A stretch of DNA of 64,000 bases from Antedon mediterranea (Eukaryota; Animalia; Echinodermata). The notes under the pieces were generated by a model. The model was not told the DNA's origin. It saw only the letters and a list, made by a program, of their open reading frames with translations, and made no database searches. Made by a program: the position numbers and the translations under genes. Location: assembly GCF_964355755.1 (NCBI RefSeq), contig NC_092673.1, positions 12,682,948-12,746,947 on the forward strand, given 5' to 3'. Numbering within the stretch: position 1 is the stretch's first letter; each line of letters opens with the position of its first letter. Shown here piece by piece: positions 42,901-52,499 of this stretch.

Positions 42901-45900
42901 ACCGTCGGATACACGTCCATTTGTACCGAAGTCGACATATAAAAATTTATATGATGAATCTACAAGGGCCATCAGTACCAGGCTGAATGAATTTTTGTAA
43001 TTAAAATATTCCGAGCCTGAATTGGGTGGTGGCCGAATACTGACATGTTTTCCAACTAGTGCACCCAAACAATTGGGGAAATTCCATTTCATTTGGAACT
43101 CTTTTGCTATTCCCATCCATTCTTCAGATGTTGATGGCGTCTGTAAATATGAATATAAAAATATGATAAACTTTCTAATAAAAAATAATAATAATACATC
43201 ATAACTGACTGATCATTGCTTTTTTTTTACAGTTGTCAGATTTAGGATTAGAGGCAGATCACGATGATGATGTATCCAACATGAGCGAAGAAAACGATGT
43301 TAAGACAAAAAAAAGTTCAACAAAACCAACAAAAAGAGAGAGAGACAATACAATGAAGAATTGAATTTGATTCGTAATCTTACAACAATATTAGAATCTC
43401 CTTCAAACGTAAGCGAAGAAACAGATGCCGATTTACTTTTTTTTCAGTATGTTACATCAGAACTTAAACAAATACAAAATAAAAAAACCAAAGCAGTTCT
43501 GATGAACAAAATCCAAAATGATATTTTTGAAGTAAAGATAAAAGATCTAGATTAGCTTCAAATAATATATATAATATCAAAATGTACTGTCTAGCCAGTC
43601 AAATCCTCACTCATTTTTCCATTTACACTACAGTTTCCTAGTGGATAACAAATTAAATTTATAGCCTAGAGTACACAGTAATTTACCTTCATGTTCTTTC
43701 AAAACAGAGTATATTGCATTACATGTGTCTGGTACAATTTCACCAATTGTTGTGGGCCCAACTCTGTATTGATATGACAGACTTTTGTATGTTTCACCTG
43801 AAATTTGTTTGACAAATGAATGGTTATTTGCAACTACAGGTGATCAGATTGTTGGTATACTTGAAAAACCTGAGAAAGGATAAGGGATAGAATAAATTTG
43901 GGTTTTTGATGATTTGAACACGTTTACTCACCAGTTGCAATAAAACGAAGCGTAATCGCTAATCTTTCTCCTGGAGAAATACTCTGGCGCCAGTTGGTGT
44001 TTTGGTTCTTTATAATGGGCTTGACCAAACTCAGGAGGTTGTCAAATGTGCCAGTATCCATCCTTAAAAAATTTCTGTAGGATTCCTGGTCCTGGAGCCG
44101 CAGTTCTTGAATCAAATTTCCATATGCTCCTTGTTGCTGTCTTTTGAGGATCCAGGGCTTGCACCATATTCTGCTGCTTCGTCTTCGCCGCCTTCTTTTT
44201 AAAAGCAACAGCAGTAAAACAGCACATGATTTGCGTTTATTTGACACCATGATGTAAATACTGTATATATAAAACAACATTTTAAAGAAATTTCATTATT
44301 CAGTAAATCTAAGAATTCAGAAAACATCTCAGTAATTCAATAATTGTTGCTGCCATCAATTTATATTATTTAAAGATATGTATTGATTTTTTCCCATAAA
44401 AACATTATATAACATTAAGTTAAAGATGTATTGTCCCTTGAAACACAAAAAAATGAAGGTCAAAATATACCGTAAATTTTAATTGGCCCTATCAAAGTAA
44501 TATTAAAGTTATTCACAAGTCAAAAATTCAAGCCAAAAACAACAATTTTACGTAATTAACAGCTAAATTAATTGTGTTACATTTTGTCTGGAAAATAGTC
44601 GTGAGCGAAAGTAATCAAAGATTTCAAACCATGAGTATGCATTATGCATGATGCTAATTAGGATTGTTTACAACACTGTTGAGAAGGTGTTTTCACACAG
44701 ATCGCGAGGAAGTTTTATGATTACGGCATATATACAGAGTAGCCAAACAAGCGCATTGCATTATAAGATATGTTTTGATCGAAAACTTTGACTGGAAGTC
44801 AAAGTTATTTTTTTAACCAAAAAACGTCTGTATTTCAGTTAAATGATTTTTTTTTTCGACTAATTTTTGGTGAAAGTTAATAACTATTATGATAGTTCAA
44901 AATTACCCACTTTTTTTTTCGAAATCTTTTAATTTTAATTTTTGGGGAATTTGACAAAGGGACAATACATCTTTAATTAAATGGTTACATTTTGTTTCAT
45001 CAATATAATCTGATGTATGTTGTGATTTAATATGTAATAACAAATACATGTAGTAAATAAATAAAAGTGTAATATAATTATGTTTAATTTAAATAATTTA
45101 GTTATTTGTTTGTTATTTGTATCACTAGTTAATGAGTTGAGTTTTAGGTTAACATGTCCAAAAAGTTGGTATGGCGCATTGCCACAGTGTGTTAATTTAA
45201 TGTATTTAATGACGAAATGGAACCACTTACTTTTTGTACATAAAAAAAAAAGTTAGATCTGGTCATTACCTCTCAACAATGCTTATCAATCGGACATTTT
45301 AAATTTAAATTCAATTTTGTATTGAATTGTGTTCAATATTATAAATTTAACTTGAATTGTATAGACTAGATGGTACGCGAGCGTACCATCTAGGTTGTGC
45401 CCACAGATGGTTCTCGAATACATAGTAATTTCAGCGTTTAAAAAACTGGCGACTTCAAATGCACATGCAGGACAATAATACATGTTGTTTACAGGAACGA
45501 ATAAGAAAAAGAAGTTTGTCACAAAATAAGAAACAAACTGAATTTGTGTTTTGTATGTAACATTTGGGTTGAGGGATGGAGAAGAGGATGGATGCAAAGA
45601 CGAACAATTTTTAAATATATTCTTTATCGATTTAGTAACGAAATATGAATTGTTTTCATGTTTTACAAATAATATACCAGTAAACACAGTAAAACATTGC
45701 GATTTAATACTTTGTTGAAACTGTCACCGTCATAGTCGATTGAAATAGTACAGTACATGTAACGATACATCACTAATACGACGTTTATATTTTTTTGAAG
45801 TTACATGATTACAAACGTTCTGAAGGAACTGTCAGTAATATATTAAACACCTCTATTCGGGGAAAATCGTAAATTCGCTTTAATCGTCAATAAATAATTA

Positions 45901-47745
45901 TCTAACTCAACTTAATTAGTAGGCCTAATGGTCAATTGTTTAATAGAGCCAATTATGCTACCCACTACCCAACTTGTATTGAAAATTAAGTTGTTTCCTA
46001 ACCACCAAAGTTGTTCTGCGTTTAGGGCATGTACTGATCATTCATACTGTAGGCCTGTCCTCTACTGGCTTTACAATGCTACTCATGCCAGGGAGGGTGG
46101 TGGTGTTGGTGGTGGTTTAGCTGCAATAATAAAGTTGATTGTACATAATAGACGGCAACTGGAAAGGCTAGCTCATTTTGCGTTAAAAAAAAGATTCCAC
46201 AGATTGGAAAAAAATGTATCGAATTTCTGTTATGACTGTACAGTACTTGTCTTTACGACACCTGAGGGAATAGACACTTGTGGAACAGAGATTGGAATGT
46301 TCCATTTATCGCAGATCAAAACATTTGTATAAACGTATATTAAATCTATCAAAATAGTATTTTTTAAAGAAAATCGGCCTGTCTTCAACATTATGATGCT
46401 GTACTCGAGCTGATCAACCAGTTTTCAGCTATTAAAAACAATTATCGTAGGAGGAAATAGGAAAATGCGAAGCATCCTCGCATTATTGTTTGCGGGTATT
46501 TTTCAAGTTGGACATCCATTAGACAGTGTATACCACGACCACGAAACACCCCTATTTGGGGCAAATCGTTGAACCTAAATTCGTTTTAATTGTCAATAAC
46601 TAATTATCTAACTCAATTTAATTAGTAAACATGGTTACATCAGATGGTAACTGATATTTAGATACTAAACTAATATGCCTACTAAAAGGCCTGGCTAGGG
46701 GCATACATGGGCCTACCAACTCTGTACTGACATGGATCCCATATGCCAAGTCTCAATTATTCAACAAAATATAAGCTTAAATTTTGTTGTTCTTTTTATT
46801 AGGTAAAACAAACGGATTTATCGGTTTATTATTAATCAATTAAACTTACTATTACTTCCGTGTTTACAAATCATACGAACGTACGTACGTCGTGCATACG
46901 CGTTGCATGGTTTGTTGCGTCATCTTGAATTCAACCAATCAGAAGCGCAGGCAATATAGTCGCGTCGGGCACGATTATCTGTCGGTAGGACTTTGGAAAG
47001 ACGGGTCCAGACAAGACGTCTCGTCGGGCCTCGTCGTACGACGCTGTCTGAGTTGGCCTTAATGATCAGCTTATGCTGAATGGATCACCCTCATAAAATA
47101 TTGTTGAAATAAAAATAAATTAAATAAATTAAATTCATTTCTCCATTCATTATTAATCACCTTACGTTCTGTATTAATTCATCTTTTTCTTCAGGTAGTT
47201 TTCCCAATTATTTAAAGTTAGCAAAAGTTATTCAAATTTTCAAGAAAGGTAGACAAGATATACTTTCAGACCCATTTACTAATTGCATGTATTGTGTTTA
47301 TGCATAATTCATATTGAAATAGTGAATTTCAGCACAATAGTGTGTAGGCTTATCTACTTAATGAACATTGTCAATATTGGCCTAATCTATCTTATCTTTT
47401 TATTATGTTTTATAGACATGCTTGATTCTTTTGCAACACATGGAGAAAAAGCAGTTTTAACTTGTAAGTATGAAACTAAGGATGAAAAAATTGGTGTTAG
47501 TTGGTATAAGAAGACTAATGATGGAAACAAATTGATATGGTCTTCTGACGAATCACAAAAGACAGAAGCAATGCAAGAAATATGCAAGGCAACCTGTGAT
47601 GTTAATGGAACATGCTTAGAGTTTGAGAAAGTAGCTTTAACTGATGCTGGAGAGTACATGTGTAAACTTAGTAAGAATGTGATTTCTGAAGATGGTACGA
47701 ATAGCAAAATAGCAAACACAATAACAGCAAACCTATGTGTACAAT
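6883..47745 (+). CDS. Multi-exon Ig-superfamily membrane protein gene (SP-IgV-TM-linker-multiple Ig); predicted model of 16 exons, 3' end uncertain
   Basis: Exons 6883-6906, 20896-20947, 21079-21402, 22775-22861, 23762-24016, 24343-24388, 24678-24825, 26475-26562, 27411-27452, 29314-29332, 30942-30961, 32683-32811, 32958-33272, 35674-35994, 37027-37356 and 47416-47745 all end in a GT donor, and the internal ones start at an AG acceptor. Phases chain consistently (0,1,1,1,1,2,0,1,1,2,1,1,1,1,1,1) with no stop codon. Confidence 0.7.
6976..9378. mobile_element. Non-autonomous TIR DNA transposon with an internal minisatellite
   Basis: ~100-bp imperfect TIRs (GGGATTACGGTCGAA..GCGGCCGCCAACCAAAG / CTTTGGTTGGCGGCCGCTTCGACCATACTCCC), flanked by TAGCTA on both sides. 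Confidence 0.85.
7724..8950. repeat. Minisatellite, ~70-77 bp unit, about 17 copies
   Basis: GAGATATAAAGATTCGGCAATACCGTACGTAAATTATTAATGCAATACTGTATAAAGATTCGATGTAAAT repeated. Confidence 0.95.
10407..11000 (-). mobile_element. hAT transposase C-terminal (dimerisation domain) relic, frameshifted
   Basis: YPNMGILFRIFATISVASATAERSFS / LKLVKNYLRSTMGEERLSSLTLISVE. Confidence 0.85.
12540..14560 (-). mobile_element. pogo/Tigger-like DDE-1 transposase pseudogene (HTH, CENP-B-like, DDE, C-terminal PHD-like finger), with one intron
   Basis: YGIPRSTLWD; GWMDTEIFYEW; ILFVDG; LYCFPSHCSHIIQPLDLSVYGSLK; GFRKVGLYPF; WIGCECGRWFHC; several frameshifts. Confidence 0.88.
14845..16318 (+). mobile_element. Non-autonomous Helitron/Helentron-like element
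   Basis: 3' hairpin ACTCGTC-AAAGT-GACGAGT followed by CTAGT; related sequence recurs at ~28100-28900, 49075-49850 (inverted) and 62700-63650. The 5' boundary is approximate. Confidence 0.55.
17655..18200 (-). mobile_element. hAT (ZNF862-like) transposase C-terminal relic
   Basis: YLDVRF...LLTLSPSTDACERG / FSTMNRVKT..RTSL..DTLNNLMQIS. Confidence 0.8.
19248..20687. mobile_element. Non-autonomous TIR element (hAT-like termini)
   Basis: Perfect 12-bp TIR CAGAGGTCCCAA / TTGGGACCTCTG, subterminal CTACCGC repeats, flanking TGTTTT duplication. Confidence 0.8.
20896..20947 (+). CDS. Ig gene exon: signal peptide hydrophobic core
   Basis: Polypyrimidine tract + CAG acceptor, SLVAVYFIVILLDIISP, GTGAG donor in phase 1. 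Confidence 0.75.
21079..21402 (+). CDS. Ig gene exon: V-type Ig domain 1 (extracellular)
   Basis: VMTC...IQW...GRFTL...DLVIS...DSQRRFQC...ILTV; phase 1-1; GTAAGT donor. Confidence 0.88.
22775..22861 (+). CDS. Ig gene exon: transmembrane helix
   Basis: SISDGLGSFLITLIILIFVALMLWLLLLV; TTTAG acceptor, GTAAGT donor, phase 1-1. Confidence 0.85.
23261..23439. mobile_element. ~180-bp MITE (Harbinger/Tourist-like); partial copy at 5237-5327
   Basis: Long fold-back TIR GGTTCCCACTAG..ACGCAAGGACGTAA / TTACGTCCTTGCGT..CTAGTGGAAACC, with TTA/TAA flanks. Confidence 0.8.
23762..24016 (+). CDS. Ig gene exon: YYKK stop-transfer, Ig-like N-terminal half, Cys-rich string
   Basis: YFMYYKKIELSNKD...FMMSWTYRP...CKMVCQFVCYCCLYFCGFCCIEYYNKS; 255 nt, phase 1-1. 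Confidence 0.65.
24343..26562 (+). CDS. Ig gene linker exons 24343-24388, 24678-24825 and 26475-26562 (basic cluster, low-complexity linker, TEYSNL motif)
   Basis: VVYKSKGKKKHESC / SNVEEHQMMVIEREIPAEVP...FEVK / KSSDGTEYSNLLSK...AEG; phases match in series (1-2-0-1). Confidence 0.7.
25901..26210. mobile_element. MITE with TTAA flanks
   Basis: TIR GCCTGTTTTCCA / TGGAAAACAGGC, TTAA on both sides. Confidence 0.75.
27411..30961 (+). CDS. Ig gene micro-exons 27411-27452 (42 nt), 29314-29332 (19 nt) and 30942-30961 (20 nt)
   Basis: Each has a T-rich TAG acceptor and a GTAA donor. The 19+20 nt pair restores the frame (ATDSNGR-SQTSYS). Confidence 0.5.
30183..30842 (+). mobile_element. HINE / DINE-1-like Helentron-associated element
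   Basis: Sub-TIR ACCTCCGCC...GGCGGAGGT, (GTTT/GTCT) microsatellite, 3' stem-loop CACTC-TCG-GAGTG, ends CTAGTT. Confidence 0.8.
32683..32811 (+). CDS. Ig gene exon: C-terminal half of an Ig domain
   Basis: GSISLAFPNSVRSDSGEYNC (DxGxYxC); phase 1-1; GTGAGT donor. Confidence 0.75.
32958..33272 (+). CDS. Ig gene exon: V/I-type Ig domain
   Basis: EMKC...YKW...LSLKIKNVILGDAGNYKC...HLTV; phase 1-1. Confidence 0.88.
33247..33670. repeat. 43-bp tandem repeat (~10 copies) spanning an exon end and its splice donor
   Basis: TACTACACATCTAACAGTTAGGAAAG|GTAATTTGTATTGTATA. Confidence 0.95.
34150..35585 (+). mobile_element. 5'-truncated Rex1/Babar-type LINE (RT pseudogene)
   Basis: DPCQFAY..RGVEDA; RVLFLDFLSAFNT; GAPQGCVLSP; KYADDT; LNVNKTTEMIIDFRK; RLYFLRRL; in-frame stops; AATAAA followed by an ATTGA-like tail. 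Confidence 0.88.
35674..35994 (+). CDS. Ig gene exon: Ig domain lacking the B-strand Cys
   Basis: GGEAKIHY...LNIVDVQTTDAGEYRC...KLEV; CAG acceptor, GTAAGT donor. Confidence 0.85.
37027..37356 (+). CDS. Ig gene exon: V-type Ig domain, duplicate copy 1
   Basis: GEKAILTC...VSWY...LEFEKVALTDAGEYVC...NLCV; phase 1-1. Confidence 0.88.
40606..43555 (+). pseudogene. Harbinger accessory DNA-binding protein (MADF/Myb-SANT with BESS-like C-terminus), exons 40606-40786, 42045-42205 and 43233-43555
   Basis: WSEEAESCLIDLWRNEMCLYD...EYSN; IKKHINSLRTQF..W..CDWLTPYI; DADLLFFQYVTSELKQI. Splice phases match; one frameshift near the A-run at ~43307. Confidence 0.8.
42340..44250 (-). pseudogene. Harbinger (HARBI1-like DDE) transposase, exons 44250-43932, 43797-43687 and 43140-42340
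   Basis: FLRMD; ISPGERLAITLRFIATG; WNFPNCLGAL(V)GKH; YFNYK; SDGG; VADDAFPL; FNYRLSRARRVSENAFG. First catalytic D reads V; apparent frameshift at the end of exon 2. Confidence 0.9.
44424..44972. mobile_element. Kolobok-type MITE inside the Harbinger
   Basis: TTAA|AGATGTATTGTCCCTT ... AAGGGACAATACATCT|TTAA; related ends at ~12500, ~20700 and ~59755. Confidence 0.8.
47416..47745 (+). CDS. Ig gene exon: V-type Ig domain, duplicate copy 2
   Basis: Same length (330 nt) as 37027-37356, about 11 substitutions, intact splice sites. Confidence 0.85.
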
Positions 47746-48207
47746 GTAAGTACATTTTTATTAAGCTTTTTCTTTCAATCTCGACAACCAATGGTCACAG
47801 AGAGGTAATTTTGGTCACAAATTGTTCAGAAAACAAGCATTCATTCAGTCTAATTGGATATTTTAGTTAATAATGAATGGAAATGCTATTTCTGCCCTTT
47901 GAACCACATCAAGAGATATGCGTTCATATATTCGTAACTATTGGTCACAGAGACTAGCAGTCAGTCGGTCTGACTCATATTTATATTTGCTTTAAAAAGC
48001 ATGGTGAATAGGAGAAATACAGCACATGGTGAAAAAAAAACGTATAATACTGTACAAGGTTCTTTACGATACAATAAAAATTATTTATTGAAACATTCAT
48101 TGAAATAGTGAATCTCAGCACAATTGTGTGTAGGCCTATCTACTGCAGATTATTGAACATTGTCAATATTGGCCTAATCTATCTTATCTTTTTATTATGT
48201 TTTTTAG

Positions 48208-48536
48208 ACACACGTGGAGAAAAGGTGGTTTTAACTTGCAATTATGAAACTAAGGATGAAGAAATTAGTTGGTGGCACCATCGAGAGTGTTTAAGGAAAA
48301 TATCTGAAACAGTGCCGCTAAACCAGCAACCAGCAACTCCTGCTTCATCTAATCTTGCACCATCATATACATCACCTACAGCCTCTGAACGACTGGCAAT
48401 AGTAGAAGCATTGCTGGGGACAGAGAAATTAAAGCTCTACAACCGGCGATATGACAACGCCTATGATTGTGATGATGCCGAGTACACTAAGTGGAAGGAG
48501 CCGAAGTCCGACGCAATATCAGAATATTTCCTCTAA
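48208..48536 (+). other. Chimeric exon: truncated Ig copy 3 fused in frame to pogo transposase C-terminal sequence
   Basis: TRGEKVVLTCNYETKDEEISW, then from ~48273 sequence homologous to the reverse complement of 13040-13260 (ERLAIVE...RRYDNAYDCDD); stop at 48536. Confidence 0.6.
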
Positions 48537-51500
48537 GTAAGGACAGACGCTAGTTCCACAAAAATTCCTAGAGCCACTGGTACTGGATCAAAAAGCCATC
48601 AGTTTGATTTAGTGTCTAAATATATTCAGTGAGCATTTAAGATATCCGAAACAGCCACACCAGTTATTTCTGGGAAGTCAATAAACTAAAGAAGGCAGCC
48701 AAAATAAGTAAAAAAAAAGTATGACGACACAGTCCAGTGGATAGGGTGCGTATGTGGGCACTGGTTTCATTGTAATGCCAAGTGCTCTGGATTAGACGGG
48801 GCTGATGATTTGACGCCAGAAGAAATTGATTCCCTGGATTGGGAATGTAATGTTTGTGCTTAATAATATCTCAGTTTTAAGTCTGAGCTGTACAGTTCTA
48901 TTTGAAAATTATAAACGTATGCGATTTTATTGTTAAGTTAAGTTTTTTAATTGATTCATGGACACGTGGTAAATTGTAAAAATATTGTTACATTAATAAG
49001 TCTGAATATAATATGAGATTCTTATAATATTTTAAAATATTATTATTATTATTTAAAAATATTAGTAATACAGTACTTTCAAAATGAAACACGAAGGTAG
49101 CAATTTCAGAAGGATATTATCTCAACAACAACATATTAACGTGTAGAAGAAACTTGATTACATGAAATATTGATGCACGCTCTTTTAAATGCTAGAACAG
49201 ATGTCACGAACTCCTCTTACGTATGTTTCCGAGCGGTTGAAAATACTTTAGGAACTCCCTTGTGACATAAAAGTATACACACAAAATCCACAAAGTTGTA
49301 AAATAACTCAAAAACAAAGCTTTAATTTCAATCAACTTCAACTTTTAACAACAGCTTCACAATGACTTTACAATATAACATCCAACCTCTAATCCAACAA
49401 CCTTACAATAGTTTACATCCCTTTATATACAAGATGCTCCTATCCTTCTAGATCATTCTTTATACTTCTCATTATTACATGATTACAGTTTCTATTAATA
49501 GCACTTCTGGAATGTTCTTGATTGTTCTTATTAATTATACATGGTTTATTAAATCAAAACATCTTATTCTAGAATGTTCATGTAAATACTATGTTACTCT
49601 ATATGTTAGGGAATGGTAATTTATTACACAGATTAAAAATTACTGTAAAGATGAAATTAATGACCCACGTAATTTAAATTTTATGCATGATGACGTCATA
49701 AAAATTAAAATATTTTTTACTCATGCGAAAAATAGTTGATTGACCTAGAAAGTATTAAAATATCGGGGGAAATGCAATACGGATAATACGATGACTTCAC
49801 AACATCCGAGAGGTAAAGATACTGCATGAATTCATATCTACAACATATCTGCTTACTTATTAAATTTAAAAAATTGGGGGTCACAATTGCGCGCGTCTAA
49901 CAACTAAACAATTACGGTGGGCAGTTTTATAAGATTATACCATCACCTTCATATTATGGATTAATTGTTCGGCTATACATTTCCTCTTTGTTTATATTTC
50001 AAGATTCAAGATTCAAGAAATTTTATTTGTCCATAAAAATGGAAATTCACTTTGCTTGGTAGATTAAAACAACAATATTGCAACAATTTAAAACGTGCAG
50101 TATTATAACAGATTAAAAAACAAGATAAAGATATTTTTGGGTAGAAGCTGGGATCCACTTGATTTAGGATATTTCGACCTCGCTGATTACGAATATGGCG
50201 GATCCCAAGCGAAATTCAGCCATCTAAGCCCTTAATTTGCATAATTAAAAATGGCGGCCATTTTTTATAATTAATAACCTATATCTCGAGAACCACTAGT
50301 CACAGATAATTAATTTTGGTGTCAAAATGTTTTAAATATATGTTTTTATATTCACTTTAATGACACATTTTCTCAAAAAATGGATGCAAGTCTTATTTCT
50401 GACATTTTGACCTTTGACCTTCATTTATGGTATCTCGGTAACCAATAATCGGAGAGACACGAAATAGGGCTCAAATTGTTCAGAAACTATACATTCATAT
50501 TTATTATAATGAAATGTTTTTACAAAAAATGGCCGATTCTACAACTATTGACCTTTGAACTATTAGTCAAATATAATAATATAATAATAATATAACTTAG
50601 AAAATTGTGGTCTTATGAATTTTTTTTCTTTTTAAATTGTTTAAAACATGTGTGTTTCTATCCAGTATAATGGCACATTTTGTACAAGAATGGCCGATAG
50701 TATGGTTATTGACCTTTAAACTACAGCATAGGCCTACTGTATACTGAATATAATATAATTGCATAACTACGAAATTATTTATACACAATAGGCTGTATGT
50801 GGTATATACGAACATGAAATAATTTTGATAATTATAGTTGACATTATGCGTTGCTGCTCAAATTTAATTTAGTTTATTAAGTTTATTATATATATATTCT
50901 TAATTACATATTTTTGCATGGAGTTTAATACAATACAGTATTATATATTTTCAGGTTTTTCTTTTTGCTGTATTTCTTATTCAAATAAAATCATATGAAC
51001 CCACCAGTGCTTTGCCGTTTCTTTTTGTGACATCCGACCATGCTCTGTAATATCCCGTATTACTACACTATCATTAGCATTAACAAAGTTAAATTACTTG
51101 GTATTTAAGACAAACGAAATATATATCACTTATGATTGGTGAATACAGGCACTGTTGCCTATATTATATAAATTGATAAAGTAGTAGGCCTACAGAACAT
51201 GGGAAATAAACAATTATTAACAAATCAATAGCTTAATTTTTTTGCTGTAGTCTTAGATATGGCAGATATGGCACCTATGGCAAGGAAAGTTAAGACCAAA
51301 AAACCATCCTTATACAAGGTATACAGACCAGACGATATTAGAACGAATAGAGAAAGGGGAAATTTCAGAAAATAAGGCATCGTCTTTGTATGGCATCCCA
51401 CGTTCAACCCTGTGGGATAAACACCACAGAAGAACCATATAATATGCAAGCCAGGTCCAAGTACTGTTTTAACAGCAGAAAAGAAGGTGAGGTCAAATTA

Positions 51501-52400
51501 ATATTAGTGTTGTTAGTACATACTTACGGTACATCGGTAATATAATAAAACAACAAAAAAACAAACACATTCTCAGTCAATTTTTTGTACTATACTCTGT
51601 TTTAGAAAATTGTGAACTGCGTCCTGGAGATGTCGAGGATCAGATACACCCTCACACACTGGCAACTCCGGGATACAGTGAAAAGGATTATATATAAGGA
51701 CAGACGTCCAAATCCCTTCACAGACAACCAACCGGGAAGGAAATGGCTCAATTTATTTTGTAAACGGCATCCAAATTTGACGAGACGCCCCGAGCACCTT
51801 GGAAAGGAAAGGGCAATCGTTGACTTTGCAAAAATAGAGGCCTGCTTCACAAACTTTTGGCGATATGCAGACGAAGAAAATCTTGTTCAAGCCATGAAAG
51901 ATCCGACAAGGATGAATCTGGAAATCCTCTGGCTGTTAAGTCAGATAGAGTGATTGCTGAACTTGGCTGTAAAGACGTATACCATTTAGGTAATTCGTCT
52001 CGTGCTCAAATTACTGTATTAGCATTCTGTAATGCGGCGGGACTATATGTTCCCCGATGATGATGTTCCCAGGTCTGAGAGGCAGCTTCCTTGGGAGAAA
52101 CCATAACGGGTGGATGGACACCAATCACTTTTTACCATTTGTCAAAACACAAAATGTAAAGTTTGCACTCATATTATTTGTCGACGGGTTAATGGCTTAC
52201 ACAAATCTAGAAACCTGTAAATTGTGTAGGGATAACAGTCATTCTATACTGTTTCTCTAGCTATTGCTCCCATATCATACAACCATTAGATCTGTCCTAA
52301 AGGCAACTTGGAGGAAAGCTGTCCAAATTTAACCCAGGGGAAACCGTGCAGAAACAAACTTTCTGTGGGGTATTTGCGACTGCATGGAAGGAATCTGTAT
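48273..52400 (+). mobile_element. Second pogo-like copy in two pieces: C-terminal part 48273-48865 and N-terminal part ~51170-52400
   Basis: High similarity to the reverse complement of 12540-14640, including the intron and 5' flank. Confidence 0.85.
49202..49628 (-). mobile_element. Solo LTR (Gypsy-like)
   Basis: TG...CA termini, 4-bp TSD CAGA, TATAAA and ATTAAA on the minus strand; empty-site paralogue at ~15845-15858. Confidence 0.8.
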
Positions 52401-52499
52401 TCTTGCAACAGCCTTTTGGAAGGTTAAAAAACTTTACCTGCTTGCTTGAGCTTTTTTTTAATGGACGATTACACTGGGGTGAAACAGTAGTTTTAAGGT

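Larger units (their letters stand above)
40300..47059. mobile_element. Full-length PIF/Harbinger DNA transposon (6.76 kb)
   Basis: ~55-bp TIR AGGCCAACTCAGACAGCGTC... / ...GACGCTGTCTGAGTTGGCCT; TAA target duplication (40297-40299, 47060-47062); transposase and MADF genes inside. Confidence 0.95.
38559..47130 (+). mobile_element. CR1/L2-group LINE B (5'-truncated RT), 3' UTR interrupted by the Harbinger
   Basis: FPSAWKTSKVIPIFK; NYRPISILP; QSGFRPHHST; FIDLKKAFDTIDH; YADDT; the 3' stem-loop rejoins across the Harbinger; (TAAA)n tail at 47108-47130. Confidence 0.85.
38090..47272 (+). mobile_element. CR1/L2-group LINE fragment A, split into 38090-38558 and ~47131-47272
   Basis: ...DLDPNKGSGDDRVTPYVI resumes as KFISPFIINHLTFCINSSFSSGSFPNYLKLAKVIQIFKKG after removing the inserts. 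Confidence 0.75.
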
